Positions 1 through 14,991 of a stretch of DNA of 64,000 nt are shown one piece after another (within the stretch, counting starts at the first letter, position 1; each line of letters starts with the position of its first letter). A program made the translations under genes and the position numbers. The DNA comes from Rhizophagus irregularis (Eukaryota). Where the stretch lies: assembly GCF_026210795.1 (NCBI RefSeq), contig NC_089429.1, positions 5,270,001 through 5,334,000 of the forward strand, written 5' to 3'. The notes under the pieces are model-generated. The model ran no database searches. It was not told the DNA's origin and was given only the letters and a program-made list of their open reading frames with translations.

Positions 1-1797
1 TTTGGTGGTAGATTAAACCTTGGACATCCCTTCCGCAATGATAATGGTACCGAAGAAGATTATTATGATAATGACGAGTAGGTTTGTTATTAATATGTTG
101 TTAAAATTTAAACAATTTTATTTAACCGAAATTTGCTTTTTTTTTAGTGATTCACCATCCGAAAATGACGACCCAATATATGATCCGCGTTATGTTGGAA
201 GTAATGACTCTGAAAGTTCCGATGATTCAGATGAATCCGATGATGACCACGAGTATGATCATGATTCTAACATTGGCTTCCGTTCACAACGTAATTCATA
301 TTATAGCAGCTCAAATGAAGCACTATCGTCATCGGCAAGACGAACAAATCCAAGACTCTCAATGGGTAATTATCGTGTTGATATAAAACGTTTCATTATA
401 GAAACCTGATATTCCCAATTTTTGATATTCATAATAATTTTCGATATTTTTTTGATATTCACATATTCACATATTCACACATTCACATATTCACAATAAT
501 TTTTCTTTATATCCATTTCACAAGATTCTACAATAAGGACACGATCAATATCACGCAATCGGCCTCGTCCTGATTCAATGAGGTGTGTTTTTTTTTTCTT
601 CTTCAAATATTTAAAATATTTATCAACTTTTAACTCGTTAAATAGTTGATATGATAATAAATAGTAATAATCTTGGTCTATAATTTCATTATATTCCATT
701 ATTATAGTAGTTCAGCATTTCGAAGGTTCGATAATGGAAATGAAATTCTTTCGTCATTTATCTCAAACTTTATAAACTTTATATGAACGAAATCCTAATT
801 ATTTTGAACATTCTCAATTTGTACTTAGTCGTCCTAGTCGTCCTTCAAGTTTCGTTCCAGATACTACGCCAAGATCTGAAGTTAACGAAATGTCTAGGTA
901 TCGAAATGATGATTATTATCCACAAAGACCTGATTTCATTAATATGCCAAGATTTCGTGGTCAAGATATCTATAGAAATGATATCTCAAATAATGAGCGT
1001 ATAGTGTATCATGGGCAATTAAATAATTCACCAACTAATAATCAAAGCAACGAACAAACATATAATAATGCGAATAATGGTCATTTTTTTAATACGCTTC
1101 CGCAAACTATAATTAATGCATCACAACAGTCAACAATGTCATCAAATTATCATAACTCAAGTCTTTATAGAACCCCAACAGATTCTGAATTCGAATTTTC
1201 AAATGCCTTATACAGACACGCTTCGACATCATCCCGATTAAGAAATATGTACCAAGATGGTTCCACAACAGACGATTTGATGGACGGCGAATCTGATTCA
1301 AGCAATTCATCTTCAGAGGATTCAGATGATGATGACGAAGTGATGTTCACCGGTTCGTTCAATTGGGGTGAGAAAATCTGTGTGATTTTATTATTTTATA
1401 GATATTATAGTAATTAAAGAAATTTTTCTTTTTCTTTTTATTTATTTTTTCTTTATTGATAATTATAAAAGATGCAAGTAATGATATGGATACTTCTGAT
1501 GATGATGATGATTCTGAAAGCGAAAATGAAAGCTACCGTAGAAATTTCTCACATCGTTCTTCCTTATCTTCTATTTCTCCCGTATCCTCGGATGATGAAG
1601 AAGAAAATGAGAATGATAACGAATCAATTGTTACCACATCAACGAACAATTCTAGGCCTGATCAACAATGGTATAAACCATGGTCTTGGTACAATAATGA
1701 TACATCAACCTTGAACCAAACTACTACTAGAACCTCAAATATATCAGCATCTGATACTGATGCTACAATTAGCAGTGGCGATGATGATTTTGAGTAA
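1..1797 (+). CDS. 3' part of a putative spliced gene for a Ser/Asp/Asn-rich low-complexity protein; exon structure uncertain
   Basis: Same-strand acidic, Ser-rich ORF pieces (20-409, 890-1417, 1456-1797) are separated by AT-rich intron-like gaps with GT/AG ends. No recognisable domain. Confidence 0.5.
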
Positions 1798-3349
1798 ATT
1801 TTTCGCAAGATGGTAAGTGATGGGAGGTCGTGTTGTAATTAATATGATGATATATACTATGAAAGATGCTTTTGATTTATAATCAAAAATATTCAAAATC
1901 CGCTATAAAGCATTTGATATTCGCTATAAATAATTTCTTTTTCTAGTTAGATTATATACCTAAAATAATGGACTATTAAAGAAGAAAGAAAGAAAAAGTG
2001 AATATATTATTTCTAAGTAAGACAACACATATATATATAGTTAAATAATTGGATATGAACAAAAAGGAGGATAATATTAATAATTACATTTGGTATGTTT
2101 ATATAATATATAAAAATATAGAAATTTCTTTATAAAATTTCATTCCTTGGAGATTATTGAGTATTTTTTTGTAATCTTTTTTTTTTATATTATAATTATT
2201 ATTTGATTTTATTCTTTCCTTATTACTCTCAGTTCTCTCCGTTTAATTAATACATCAATTATATATATATATATAGTATTTTAATATTTTATTATTGTAA
2301 AAAAAAGTACATATAATAATAACCAATTTTTTTTTTTAAATAAAAAAAAAATATATAAAATTGATTTGAATAATTGATAATTTGATAATTGATAATTTTG
2401 ATTATTGAATTTGTAAATTTGTCCAATTCGTCCGTAATTCGTCGGTAATTCGTCGGTAATTCGTCCGTATAAAATTATTCAGGTACAGTACATACGACTG
2501 GTCGGCTGGTACACATTTGATCGAAGAATGATTTTGTATCATTAAATAACGTGACTTATATGTGCTGTTATTGCTAAGCCACAATAATCAAATTTAACAC
2601 AAAATTCATTTTGTTATAAAACACATTAGTTATTGTTTACAATAACTCTTTTTTAAAAAATTTACTCTAATAAAGAGAAATGGGCGTATCAAAGTCAATT
2701 GTTAATGAAACGAATGTTCCACTTAATATAGCTTTGAAACAAATAACTCAACTGGTGAAACAATGTATAAAGATACTGGTGCTAATATCGATTTTGGCGA
2801 ACATTAGTCAATAATTCTAATTGGAAAAATATTGTTAATAATCCTAGTATCTTCTCCTGGTTAGTATGTTGGATATAATCATAAATTAGCGATTCGAGGT
2901 GGATCTGAAGTTTTAATTGTTAATGGAAAAGAGGCTCTTCAATTAGATAACCTCAAAATTGTTGAAATTTAATTTTTTTTTTACACTAACAGCTAAAACA
3001 TGAATTTCTATAAATTTAATTTTCTATTTTATTTATTTTTTTTTATATTTTAATAGTAATTGAACGAAATTTATAAGAAAAAAAAAACTGCAAGATCATA
3101 TTGTAGAATACGGCAACATGATCTATTTAATTATGTATACTTGCTTTTAAAAAATATATATATATATATTTTTTTATTATTAAAGACAACGAAATCGTTA
3201 TACGTGATTGATAATTCACACTTGATATAATATAGCAACCTAATCTAAAAAACATATATCTGTCCAAAATTTATGCTTAAAATTTTAAACACCGTTATAA
3301 TACTAGTTTAAAACTTGCTAATCACCTTAGTAATCTTCAATTTAATTGT

Positions 3350-4190
3350 TTAATTGTTGCCATTATTTTTCATTTTCTTTGACCCTCTATATACTCCTCC
3401 AAAAAATTTCTCACTCTTTTCCTTTAAACTATCTTTACATTGATAATCTTTGGCTGAATCGTTATCTAAATCTTCTTTATATATATCGACTTGATCTTGA
3501 AATATCGCTATTCGTGTCGTCGAACGCTTTTTTAGCTGCTTCGTCAAATGATGTTTGTTTGTTTCAATCGTCTTACTCCTCATACCATTGATTACATTTA
3601 CCACTTACTCAGTTGACGCGTAATCTTTTATTGGATTGCCGGTTCTGTTTCGTGTAATAATCTTTTCCTGAATTTAATTAACCGTATCAATAACCATTGC
3701 TTGCGTTTCCCGTATATATTCATTTATACAGTAACTTCAACTTCTCTTTTTTTCCCTTTACACCCCTTTTACCATGACCTTACATATGATTGACACATGA
3801 AACAACTGATACATGTATATTTTTTTCATACCCTTAACTAGTGATAAGTAACATTTACCCCTTTCAATAGTCACAGAAATGTAATTTCTCAGTTGATTCG
3901 TTCTTGCTTGAAGATAAATAGATATAATTGGTTCACTGTCGGAAACTAATGAATTATTAGTTAACAATCCTTGCAGAGGATACAAATATCGTTAAAACTT
4001 TAGCAAACCCATTTTCACGGATTTCTTTTATATCTAAATTTATCAAATGGTACTTAACTACCCATTTAAGAAATTTACCAACAACTAATGTATCAAACAT
4101 TGTATCTTTTATAAACTTAACAATATCAGTCATCAGGATTTCCATCGATCCATCCTTCCATTATTCCATAATCCATATAGGTCTCATAAT
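3350..4190 (-). pseudogene. Possible fragmented or spliced gene of unknown function
   Basis: Three adjacent minus-strand ORF pieces (3957-4145, 3758-3985, 3350-3604) with protein-like composition in different frames. Confidence 0.3.
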
Positions 4191-5927
4191 TCAATGGTTT
4201 TATTATAATACAAACAATTTTCATGATTTTGATTTACTTTTTTTTTTATCGGAATATTTTTCATGATCGTAGAATTTATTTTTTTTACCGAAAAAAAATA
4301 TTAAATGAAACATGTATTAATAATGTATATATAACACGAAACATTAATAAATAAATAATCGTTTCTAGTTAATTTAATTTCATTAAATTCATTCAAAATT
4401 TTAAAAAAGTACGACCGTAATTTATAATCGAATTTTTTTTTAATTATTCCTTCATGCTTTATATTTATCTATTATTAATCTATTATTAAATCAATGTGTA
4501 TTATCAAAAAATGATTTTAAAGATTCTAATCTATAACTAAAATTTGAGAGAAACTACTTGTGTGATTTTACATGGTTAATATAAATAATTCAAACAAAAT
4601 CACGTTTGTTAATTTTTTTCCTAATTCTAAAAATATTACAATTTCTAGAAAAATACGATTATGATTTGGAATAATTCTTGATAAATAATCTGAATTAATA
4701 TTTTTATTATTAATCTTATATCTCATATCAACAATTCCATGAATTAAAAATTATCATTCAACGTTCTTAAATTAACAAAAGATGAAAGTATTTTCGTGAA
4801 GACTAGTCCACGTGTACTGAGTGTATTAACGTACAGAATTTTATAGGATTACGAAAAAAATATTTTCATGTAAGGAATTGAAGGTATTTTGATCAATTGC
4901 AAAGGTATATTTACAATAATCCAAATCTTCATTCAGAACAAAACGAATTGGAACTTCTTTTAAATACAATTAAATAAAATATTAATATTAATAAAAAATA
5001 AAAATAAAAATAAATAAAATAAAATAAAATAAAATATGTCTTAAAATAAAATAATGACTCTGGAATCATTTTGACATTTTTGTTTTTTTGGATAGTCGTC
5101 TTAACCTTGACGAGGTATCTCTCTCGTATAAAGAGAGTTTGTTTTGCAGTTTTATTAGTAAACATATCAATATTTTATGGAAAAGCAAGCGCTGCGATTT
5201 GAATCATGGGTCAATTGAGTCATGGTTACTGAGTTACTGAGTTATCAAAAATCAGGAAAAAAAGGTGTCTCAGTTCATCATGTGCGCCTTATGAATCATG
5301 TTCACATGTTTATCAACTGTGTTTAGCTCATTCGCTGGATTCTTGTTGAATCATTTGTTGGAATTTGATAACAATTTGACTTGATATATGTATTAACTAG
5401 TATATTTGCTATACGTTAAACGGTTCGCTTCTTATAAAGAATCAGAACTATAATCTAATCTATAGGATAGTAAAAAAATAATCTACGAATTGAGAAACTT
5501 TTTTTTGTTTTAAAAAAAATATAATGCCTGAAACAGTTTGATTGCGTTTACATCGGTTTATAAAGTGAAAAAAATAAAAAATTACTCATTTACGATGACT
5601 CATACTTGATTATCACATGATCAAATTATTTCATTTTATTAGATATTTATTCAACATCAGTTAAAGAGCTTAAATTGATTTACTGATGGGTTTTCGCGTT
5701 TTTCACGTGTATTACATTATTCATTTCAAAGCCATGATAAATGAGTCATTCAAGTAAATCATGAGTCATATCTATTTTTTTGTTATACAAACTTTGCGTA
5801 ATAATTTGATTTACTACCTATATCGTAAAGGTATATACAGTATATATACCCTCAAATTTTCTCAAACTTCTTTTTTTTTAAAAATACATTATACTTCTTT
5901 TTTTTTAAAAAAAAAATACACGTAATA

Positions 5928-6076
5928 ATATGGGAGGTGGTCAGTAGAAAAGGGGGAAATCCAAATTTTGGTCAAAATTTTTTTTATCAGTTTACTTTGC
6001 CAATCATGGTCATGAGAACAACCAAAAATCTTAAAATTTTTGAATTTCTCCCTTTTCTACTGACTGCCTCCCATAT
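5928..6076. mobile_element. MITE of about 150 bp with long terminal inverted repeats
   Basis: Left end atatgggaggtggtcagtagaaaagggggaaat matches the reverse complement of the right end, atatgggaggcagtcagtagaaaagggagaaat. It sits inside a short tacttc(t)n(a)n tandem repeat. Confidence 0.8.
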
Positions 6077-8133
6077 GTGTACTTCTTTTTTTTAAAAAAA
6101 CACGTACCTCTTTTCTTAAAAAATACACATACTTCTTTTTTAAAAAATATACATTATATTACTTTATGGAAAAATATATTCAATATAAATTTTCTTTAAT
6201 TGCTTACTACTGGGCGAGACTTCCTGGCAGTCCGAAACTTTGGAGAGTTGACGTTATAAAAGTTGAAAAATAAATAAAATAATCTTCAAGAAATTTCTAC
6301 CAAGGATTCGTGGCCAAAGAAGATTTACAGTAAACCATCATTATTTATTAAGGTAAGCTTGCGCTCCCTGCTTAGCATAGTTTTAATGATACTGGTTTAC
6401 GGATAAAAAAAGCCGAAGGAGTAAGAATATAAGAGAAACTGGCTTTCCTTGAGGAAGGATAGCCTATGTACCTGGCTCTTATGGTTGGTTTCATGAATTA
6501 TCAGTAGTTTATCAAAGGACTACACAGTGGGATTTAAAAATAAAAAAAAATACAACAAAAAATAAAAAAAAATGATAAAAAAAACAAAAAAAAAATGATG
6601 AAAATATGAAAAATCAAGACAAAAATACAAAAAATATGAAAAATAAAAAAAAGTAACAAAAATATGAAAATGAAAAATAAAAAATAAAAATAAAAAATAA
6701 AATAAAATAAAAAATAAAAATAAAAAAAAAGATAATCTTTATTGTGCAAGTTCTAGGTGGATCACTTGGTAGCATGATACCAACACTTTTCTGAGGCTTT
6801 TTTTTATGGAGTATGGTTCTACCTGGTATCAACCATACTAACGTTTTTTTTTATCTTTCTTAGATATTTTACGGACTTTATCCTTTATCCTATTGTTCAG
6901 AAAACACGGCTATTACTATTTTTTTTAGTACAACATTTATTTCCCTTTTTTTCTTTTAAATAAATCTATTTTATTAATTCGGGTAAAATAAAATTTATAT
7001 TATATTTATAATTTTATCATCTTACAAATATTTTTAATCCGACTTTTGTTTATTAGTATTATTCTTATTAAGATTATAATATGCTTTAATTCATTATTAT
7101 TAATTTGCATCTTGAGTATTAATGTATTAAATCAGTACATTTCTTTTCTTACAAAGTCTACAAACGCGCAACTATTTATTTAAACTTATTACCAATAATT
7201 TTCCTCTAGAATATATCACTAATTTTTGTATTTTATTGAAAATTCTTTTTTATAATGTAAGTAATTTTAATTATGTAAAAAAAAAAATACAGATAGTAAA
7301 ATAAAAAAGTGATACAAGAAATAATTACAATTCTAACTTTTTTCTTTCTAACGTCGCGGTATTTATCAGATTTAATCAAAGAATTTATGAAGTTTCAATA
7401 AATGTATAACCAACGTAAAATTTTGATTCACTACATACAGTACCCATGAATCTATTCAAATAATTTATTATTTAATAATAAGCAGTAATCCTAAATAATA
7501 ATAAAATTGGTTATTGCAAAAAAAAAGTATTAAATTTGATATATACGAAGAACCAAGAATTTTTATATTCATGTTTGCTACGTTTATACATTACTATCAG
7601 AATAATGAGTTTATATTGTACTGTAGCATTATTATACATGTGATTACAAATCACGTTAACGTGGAATTTTACCTTTGAAACATAATAATAATTTTTTAAA
7701 AATTAACGCTATAAATAAAAATCAGAAAGAGAATTTATTTATTTTATTTCTAAGAGTAACCAACGACAAATACAGTAATAGATGAAAAAAGAAAGAGAAA
7801 TTATTTTTTGTCCGATATGATTTGTGATCAGTTATCAGGTGATTTGTCGATCAATTAAAATTAAAAAACGATTCGATAGTAAACTTTTCATTAAAAAATG
7901 AACCCTAGTCCCTTTTTATTTTATTCAAAATTCTAGACTGCTTTATTATGACGAAAAAAAGTGTCTTTTTCTCTCTTTTTTATTCGTTAGATACCCAAAC
8001 ATTTTTTAGGATAGCTTAGAACTTAAGAATGCTTCTATTATAAAGTGTAGAACTTACTACCTATACTTCCGCTTTTGCCACTTATGCTATAAAAATATTA
8101 ACTGGAAATACATTAAATACTAGAGGTCATTCA

Positions 8134-8650
8134 ATGAGACAACATTATGGTTACGATGATATTGATGATGATGAAAATGTCTATGATCATAAGAAAAAAG
8201 ATGTTTCTACTTGGGATGAAAATGTAGAAACTGTTGAAGATGAAGAACCTCCTCCACCTTACGATAATTCTACTGAAACTAAATCTTCATTTACCAGTTA
8301 CAATTTCTACACCACCCTCACAACAAGATTATCCAACTACTCAGATTGAAACTAAACCTTCATTTACAATTTCTACATCACCTTCGCAACAAGATTATCC
8401 AACTACTCAGACTGAAACTAAACCTTCACTTACAATTTCTACAATCACCTTCGCAATAAGATTATCCAACATAACTACTCAATCAACACCAACACATTCA
8501 CCAACAAATTCAACTTCACGACGAAGACAATTCCGTGTTCATCGTGGCCGTACAGTATTCAATTGGGTCAATATTTGCTCCAATTCATGTAATTTTTTCC
8601 TTTCTGTTTCATTCAATCATTGTATATTAGTTCTTATTCAATTGTCATAA
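8134..8650 (+). pseudogene. Possible gene or pseudogene with a short internal tandem duplication (TETKPSFTIST..SQQDYPTTQ)
   Basis: Overlapping ORFs 8134-8349 and 8234-8650 are in different frames. A unit of about 63 bp occurs 2-3 times at 8270-8470. Confidence 0.3.
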
Positions 8651-9715
8651 TGCATCTTCTTTTTTCTTTTCTTTTCTAGGAGTCTTGATGCTCCCAATTC
8701 ATAATCAAATCTCACTTGATGTTATATTAGCAAAATGTTGTCGATGGTGCTCGATCTGCCAATAGTGGGACTTCTTGTATTTGTACAAATCCCACTCATT
8801 AATTCTGTAAGCTTTTAGTTACTCCTCTTCTTGCACTTCATAAAAAAGGTTCATAAAAAGTTCATAAAAAGTTTATAAAAAAAATCTTAAAAAATGAGTC
8901 TTAAATATAAAAAAATAATCTACAGATAGTATGACTTAAACTTTGTTGTTTTAAAATACATAATGCATAATTATGCAACAATGCACGTATACTAAAAAAC
9001 ATATTATTTTTTTTTTACTTTATAAGAATAATTAAAGATAATATTTGTCATACTATATTTCAATTGATTAATAATGAGAAATTAGTGTTTCTTGTGCCAA
9101 TATAATGTATATAAGCAGAGTAATGATATGTCAAATAATTTGTGTTATATATCAATTAATTTACTAAAAAAAATAATATACAAAATTAGTTTGTTAGTAG
9201 AAAATTGGAATCATTTTACATCAAATGTGAAATTTGATTACTAAGTAAATATAAACACATATTGTATACTTCTTATTTTGGCTAACTTTTTATATTAATG
9301 TCAGTCCATGTCAATACTTGCATAATTATGTATTGCTATTTGTAGATTATTTCTTATATTTAAGAATTATTTTTTTAATTACAACATGAAAAAGTACAGT
9401 AGTTTAAGTTTTACTTTTTTATTGAACTTTTTTTTTTTATATAAAAGCTTCTTTATTAACTAATCATTAATTAATTATGAGTTCATTCAAACATATTGAT
9501 TTTATTGATACAAATAATCAAAATACCCAGGATATGATGGTAAATCTAGAATTTTCCATTTCATTTTAAACAACTGACATCATGATGGTAAATTGTCTCA
9601 TTTTGGGTAATGACATTGACAAAAGATTCATAGTTGATATTGATTTTGAAATATGGGGGAAAGCTAATAATCAAAGAATTAGTTTTTTATGCAACATTTA
9701 TATATATTAATATCC

Positions 9716-10023
9716 ATGCTTATATAAAAATGGAAAAAAGATACAAAGAAATTGATAGAGCAAGAGCAATTTGTGAGAGGTTCATTAATGTACATCCAGA
9801 ACCAAAGAATTGGCTGAAATAGGGGAGCAGAATAATTTGGGTGAATATCTCTTTTTTATCCTATAGTAATTTAAAGAATAATTTACTTAAATAAGTATCT
9901 ATTGTTTTATGCATAGAGAAGTGTTGAAAGATTCTTAGTCAAGCCATTGAAGTACTAGGTGAAGATCATATGGATCAAAAAATATTCATAACATTTGCAA
10001 AATTTGAAACTAGGTTGAAAGAG
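9716..10023 (+). pseudogene. CLF1: Fragment of crooked-neck/Clf1 HAT-repeat splicing factor
   Basis: [34 protein letters not shown] and, after an intron-like gap, EVLGEDHMDQKIFITFAKFETRLKE resemble Crn/Clf1 HAT repeats. There is an in-frame stop and no rest of the gene. Confidence 0.75.
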
Positions 10024-10845
10024 GTGCGTAGTTGTAGTTGCATATAGTCGCAGAAAATTGGTATTCTTTTTTTTTTCTTTTGACTTTATTACAAATTTTT
10101 GATTTCAAATTCATTAATCTCTTTAATAAAACATAAAATAAACTCATAATTTTTAACACCACTATAAAGTATAAATGCGTTACATTAAATAAATTACTTT
10201 ATTATTGGATGATTACAATCTCATATTTCTAATGTTAATAATTCTAATTTTCTATCTTTTTTTTTTTTTTTGACAAATCTTACTTATGAATGAACGAAGT
10301 CCTCTTATTTAGTTATCACTATTCACCAAAAAAGATTATCTTATTGATTGATTATATTTTAGAATTATATTATTTGCTTGATCTTTTACTAATTCGTTAC
10401 AATATTGTCTTTCTTTGCATTTTTACCGAATTGAGTTCGATACATAATAGAGTAATTTACCGCACTCATTTCATAAATTACACATACAAACTAACTTATA
10501 TTGATTTGTATCGGTATCGGTTCTGCAGACGGGGCATCGAATAGGAAGCAAAGATTGATTGTAAAGCGCAGGAAAATGAGCGGCCATAATGTCGCCACAG
10601 GGTAAAATGTGATTTAAACCTTTCATTTTAAAAGCCATTTTTTTGTTTTTCAGAGCTATACATTTATTTAGCACGATCGTATCATTCTTGACATCTAACT
10701 TTTGGATCAATACAATAGTCCCCGTAAAGCCTATGTAATTTCAAATTGTTTGACCACATATCGAAATATTAAACGTGTGATGTAGGTTATATTTTGTTGT
10801 ATAATATACCGTCTCATCATAATAAATTTTACAGTAAACCAAATA

Positions 10846-10989
10846 CACAATGTGAAATTCGATATACCGGATATAACGGATCATAAGTAAAATCGGAATT
10901 GAGGTTTGGAACGGATTATCATAACGTACAATTAATTTACCCTCGGTATAAATGGAACGGATGGTTCCATTATATCGAATTTCGCTGTG
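10846..10989. mobile_element. MITE, shorter copy of the 18886-19072 family
   Basis: Ends ..gtgaaattcgatata and tatatcgaatttcgctgtg. Shares the internal ataacgtacaattaatttacc with the 18.9 kb copy. Confidence 0.75.
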
Positions 10990-13900
10990 TACTAATGCGT
11001 ATAATTAACAAAAAAATTTTATTACACCAAATTTATTAATTAAGTTAATACTGTATAAAAAGAGAAAAGTTATTCATAACCGGAGTGAATTATTCACCCG
11101 CTCTCGTTTGAGATAATTCATATAACTGACGCATTTGTGAAGGTGGAACTAAGCCCAGATAATAATATTATCAGATGGCCGAACTTGGTGGCTAAATATT
11201 TCTCCCAATCACGTGAAAATTCAAATTACGTTAAAACGCACCCTTTGAGATTTCTTTAGCGACATTTCTTTTAACTCTTTATTGTTCTTTATGGAATGGT
11301 TTTTCATCCTTTTACTGTATTTTTTTATCTCCCTTTTTTATTTTTATTCTTCTTGATTCCTTTCTATTTCGTTCTCTTTATCTCACTTTATTTTCGTTCT
11401 TTATTTTCTTAATTTTTTCATCATATATTTTCCTTTGGTATATATTTTTTCTTTTTTCTCGTTATTTTATTTGGTATTAATTTTAATTTCCTTTTTCCTT
11501 ATTTTTCGGAGAAAATAATACTTGGTTAAAGGTACATTTTTCTTTTTTTATTCCTTATTTTGCGAGGGGTTTTGTTCCTTGATAACTTTAACTTTGTGGC
11601 TTCATCCAACTTTTTCATTAATTCTTTTGTCATTATCAGATTTCTCCTTTTTTTGTATTATTACGAATTCCGGTAAAAATAAATAATATAAATAATTGAA
11701 AAATGTTATAACTGTTTTAAAAATCATATATTTTGAAGTTTATTTATTAAAATAAGTGTATGTATCGAATACATTTCATTTATTTTTTTAATTATTTTTT
11801 ATTAAAAAAAAAAGTGTTATTGCTGCAGAATTTTTTTTTTTTAAAAAAAACGAAAAAAAATTTGTCCAATCGGAGAAAAATTAAAGTGGGTAATATCAAA
11901 TCTCGCCTTGGATTAACAATTTATATAAAATGATGCTATATAGTGAATTTTTGCTATACCGAAATTTATATTTTATATAACCGCTGATTTTGAATTCAAA
12001 ACATTAATAATTAAAAATGATCAAAATGATCAGAAAATCAAAGAAGCGTTTAAGCAGCGGTTTTTTTTTTTATGAAAAATTTAACATGAAAAATGATACT
12101 CTTATTAATCAGCTAATTTGTTTTTTACGTTGTACACAGTAATAGGAAGACATTAGCATAATAAAATGATTTTTTTTTTTGAAGTAACACAAAAATAAAA
12201 AAGTTTTTAAAATTTTTTTTCGATATAATATAGTATTCAAAACTCGATACTATTGAATATTTTCGTATAATTTTAACGAATTTTCTTAAAACAAAGGGCT
12301 CATTTTCTAAGTTCGTTAACAGCCGATCGTATTTATTATTATTTTTTAAAACACCTATGCGTAATGAATTGTATAACGTCTAGCAATCACAGTACCTCCT
12401 GATACGGCAATATCTGCCGATAAGCCACATTAATAGTTAACCACTAGTATTTTATGAAAATTTTAATGTTTATTTTTATTTTTTTAATACGAATCCATAT
12501 TTAAATAATAATTAAATAATAAATTAATAATGACCAATCCTCTTGTAAGTGTAATATTTACTTAAAAAAGAAAAGCTCGTTATTTTCTATTTCTCGATAG
12601 GTTTAAAAAATGCCCAATCCTCATGAGGTTCAAAAAGTTAACCTAATTATCTCCACATGGTATAACAATGCAATAATTATGATTTTATGCTTAATAATTA
12701 ATATTTTTTTTATGTGACAACTTTGACAGCTCGTCTATGCAGAGAATCTTCTTTATTTATAATTGGCGCTTTTGTTTGTTAAACAATCAACATGTCATTT
12801 TTGACAGGGACATTCCTAAATTCTTAAATTCTTAATATGAATTTGATTGGTCATATTTATGTCGGCCGAGTTGGACCGAGTGTTGACATTTTTTGACAGT
12901 ATAATTCTAAGGGGTAAATAGTTTTTTTTTGAGAATCAATAAAGTTTGATTGAAAGAATGACTAATGTCAATAAATTTCCGATTTTTTCCTACCTTTTCC
13001 TTTTTATGGTAACTAAAGATTAATAATTTTTAGTTTTCACTTAGAACTTAGAAGTTCCAGACTTAAAATCCTTGATATTAATTTAATTTTGGTAAAAATA
13101 GAATTCATTGTTATTTGTTTATATAAAATTTTACTGTGGCTATGGAATATACAATTTACCTCTTTTAATAAATAAAAAAAAAGAATACAAAAAAGTTACA
13201 CATAAAACAGAAGCTTGATCAATAGAAGCGATATATATACATTATTTATTATTAATATTAATATTTGTGGTATATAAATCATTTTCTTTTTTTTATTTTA
13301 TTTCATTTCATTTTATTTTTTTTTAATAAAAACACTATCTTATCAGTTATGTATAAGTTTATTATTTATTTATTTTTGTAACTAAAGGTTCAATTAGTAT
13401 GTCATATGTTTGTCGTTTACCGTTATGTTTGTAATATAAAATATTTTTTATTTATTTTTTTTTTTTAAGAATACAAACAAAGGAAGGAATATGGTAATTC
13501 TTAGAATTTATTTCGTTATTTTTATCTTATTATAAATACGCATATAATTCTTCCTTATTTTTTCACCCTTTTTTCCAAATTTTTCAAACTACATTTTTTT
13601 GTAAAAAAATAAAAAAAAATTTAAAAATTAAAAAAAAAAACTAAAAAAATACATACATTATTACATTTTAAATATAAATCTAAGACTTTTTGTAAGGTTC
13701 TCATAATATTTCGTCGACGATTTTTATAGTCTTATTTAGACTTTAAGGCTTCCATGGTTTCTTTACGACAAAGGAGGTTAAGAAGGTACCAACGTATCAG
13801 GATGCGTTTGAACCAGATTCCAAATTGGAATAATGTCCAATTAGTCCAATTACGTAATCCAGTTTTGATTAGAGCTGTACCACAGAGCCAATTACCATTA

Positions 13901-14123
13901 GCAAAACAATTGTTTACCGGTTCTTCATTCCCATAAATTTTCGTTTTTTGGGAGATTAAAATATTAGTAACCTTGAATATTATTTTGACCTTTTTCATGA
14001 CCTTTCATAATTTCTTCTTTAAAACCTTAAGTTTCTTTTAAGTTCCGGTTCCCTTTCTTATGTTTCCCCTTTCGTTATTATTTTTTATACTTCAATCTTA
14101 AGTTTATGAGGTTATGATTATAT

Positions 14124-14154
<31 letters not shown>

Positions 14155-14895
14155 GACTCAATAAATTATCAGTATTATTATTATTTAAAACTGCTTGTAA
14201 TTTTTAAAAATGTATAATAAATCGCATTTCGAACTTTCAAATTTAATGACGCATTATGTCTAGTTTATTATATTCTTGTGCATTGTATAATTACAAATAC
14301 TTTTTTGCGAAATAAAATTTCGATAAAACTTCTAACGCAATTCTTCTATAGCCAAAATATTTAAAAATCTTTCTATAGTTGACCATAAAAATTAATAGTA
14401 TCTATTTGCAGTCGGAATTTAAATAATTCATTTAATTTTTTGTTTTCATATAAAAAATTTTTTCAAAGAATTCATCGGTCTAACAATTTTTCGTAATTTT
14501 TTAACGATTTTTCCCATATGATTTTTTTTTTTCATTTTTATTAACTACCTGTAAAATGTTGATCCGTATTATGGTTTTAGCAATCTACAAATAACACTTT
14601 AAAAGATATATGTAATTCCGTTGTTTTTTTTAAACAAAACTATTTTAGTCTTCATTTAAGTGTTTCATTTCTGGTTTATCAAATAAAAAATTTTCTAATA
14701 AGATGCCTTGTCAATTTGATTTTGATTAGGTTGTCTGGAAATTTTTTTCTCAAATTGCTGAAGATGTATGTATATCAAAAAAAAAAAAATCTGAAAATCC
14801 AAATAGCTAAAAATGACATTTAATCGCAAATCATCAAAGAAAATAATTGTCAATAATGATGGGATATAATAAAACATAACTTTGATTTACAGTAT

Positions 14896-14991
14896 ATGGC
14901 GATATGGATCATCTACTCATCCATCCGGATAAACGGATCCTAAAATCCGGATCGGATTGATCCAGATAGATCACGGATAACCTATCGCCAT
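14896..14991. mobile_element. Small inverted-repeat element, MITE-like
   Basis: atggcgata...tatcgccat termini with internal atccg/cggat repeats. Confidence 0.45.

Noticed and set aside
6483..6512. Hammerhead-like core on the minus strand (CTGATAA...GAAA)
   Set aside because: It does not match CUGANGA and lacks a proper stem II.
6534..6832. Phe/Ile-rich ORFs (also 4929-5165 and 35639-35911)
   Set aside because: These are translations of A/T-rich low-complexity tracts.
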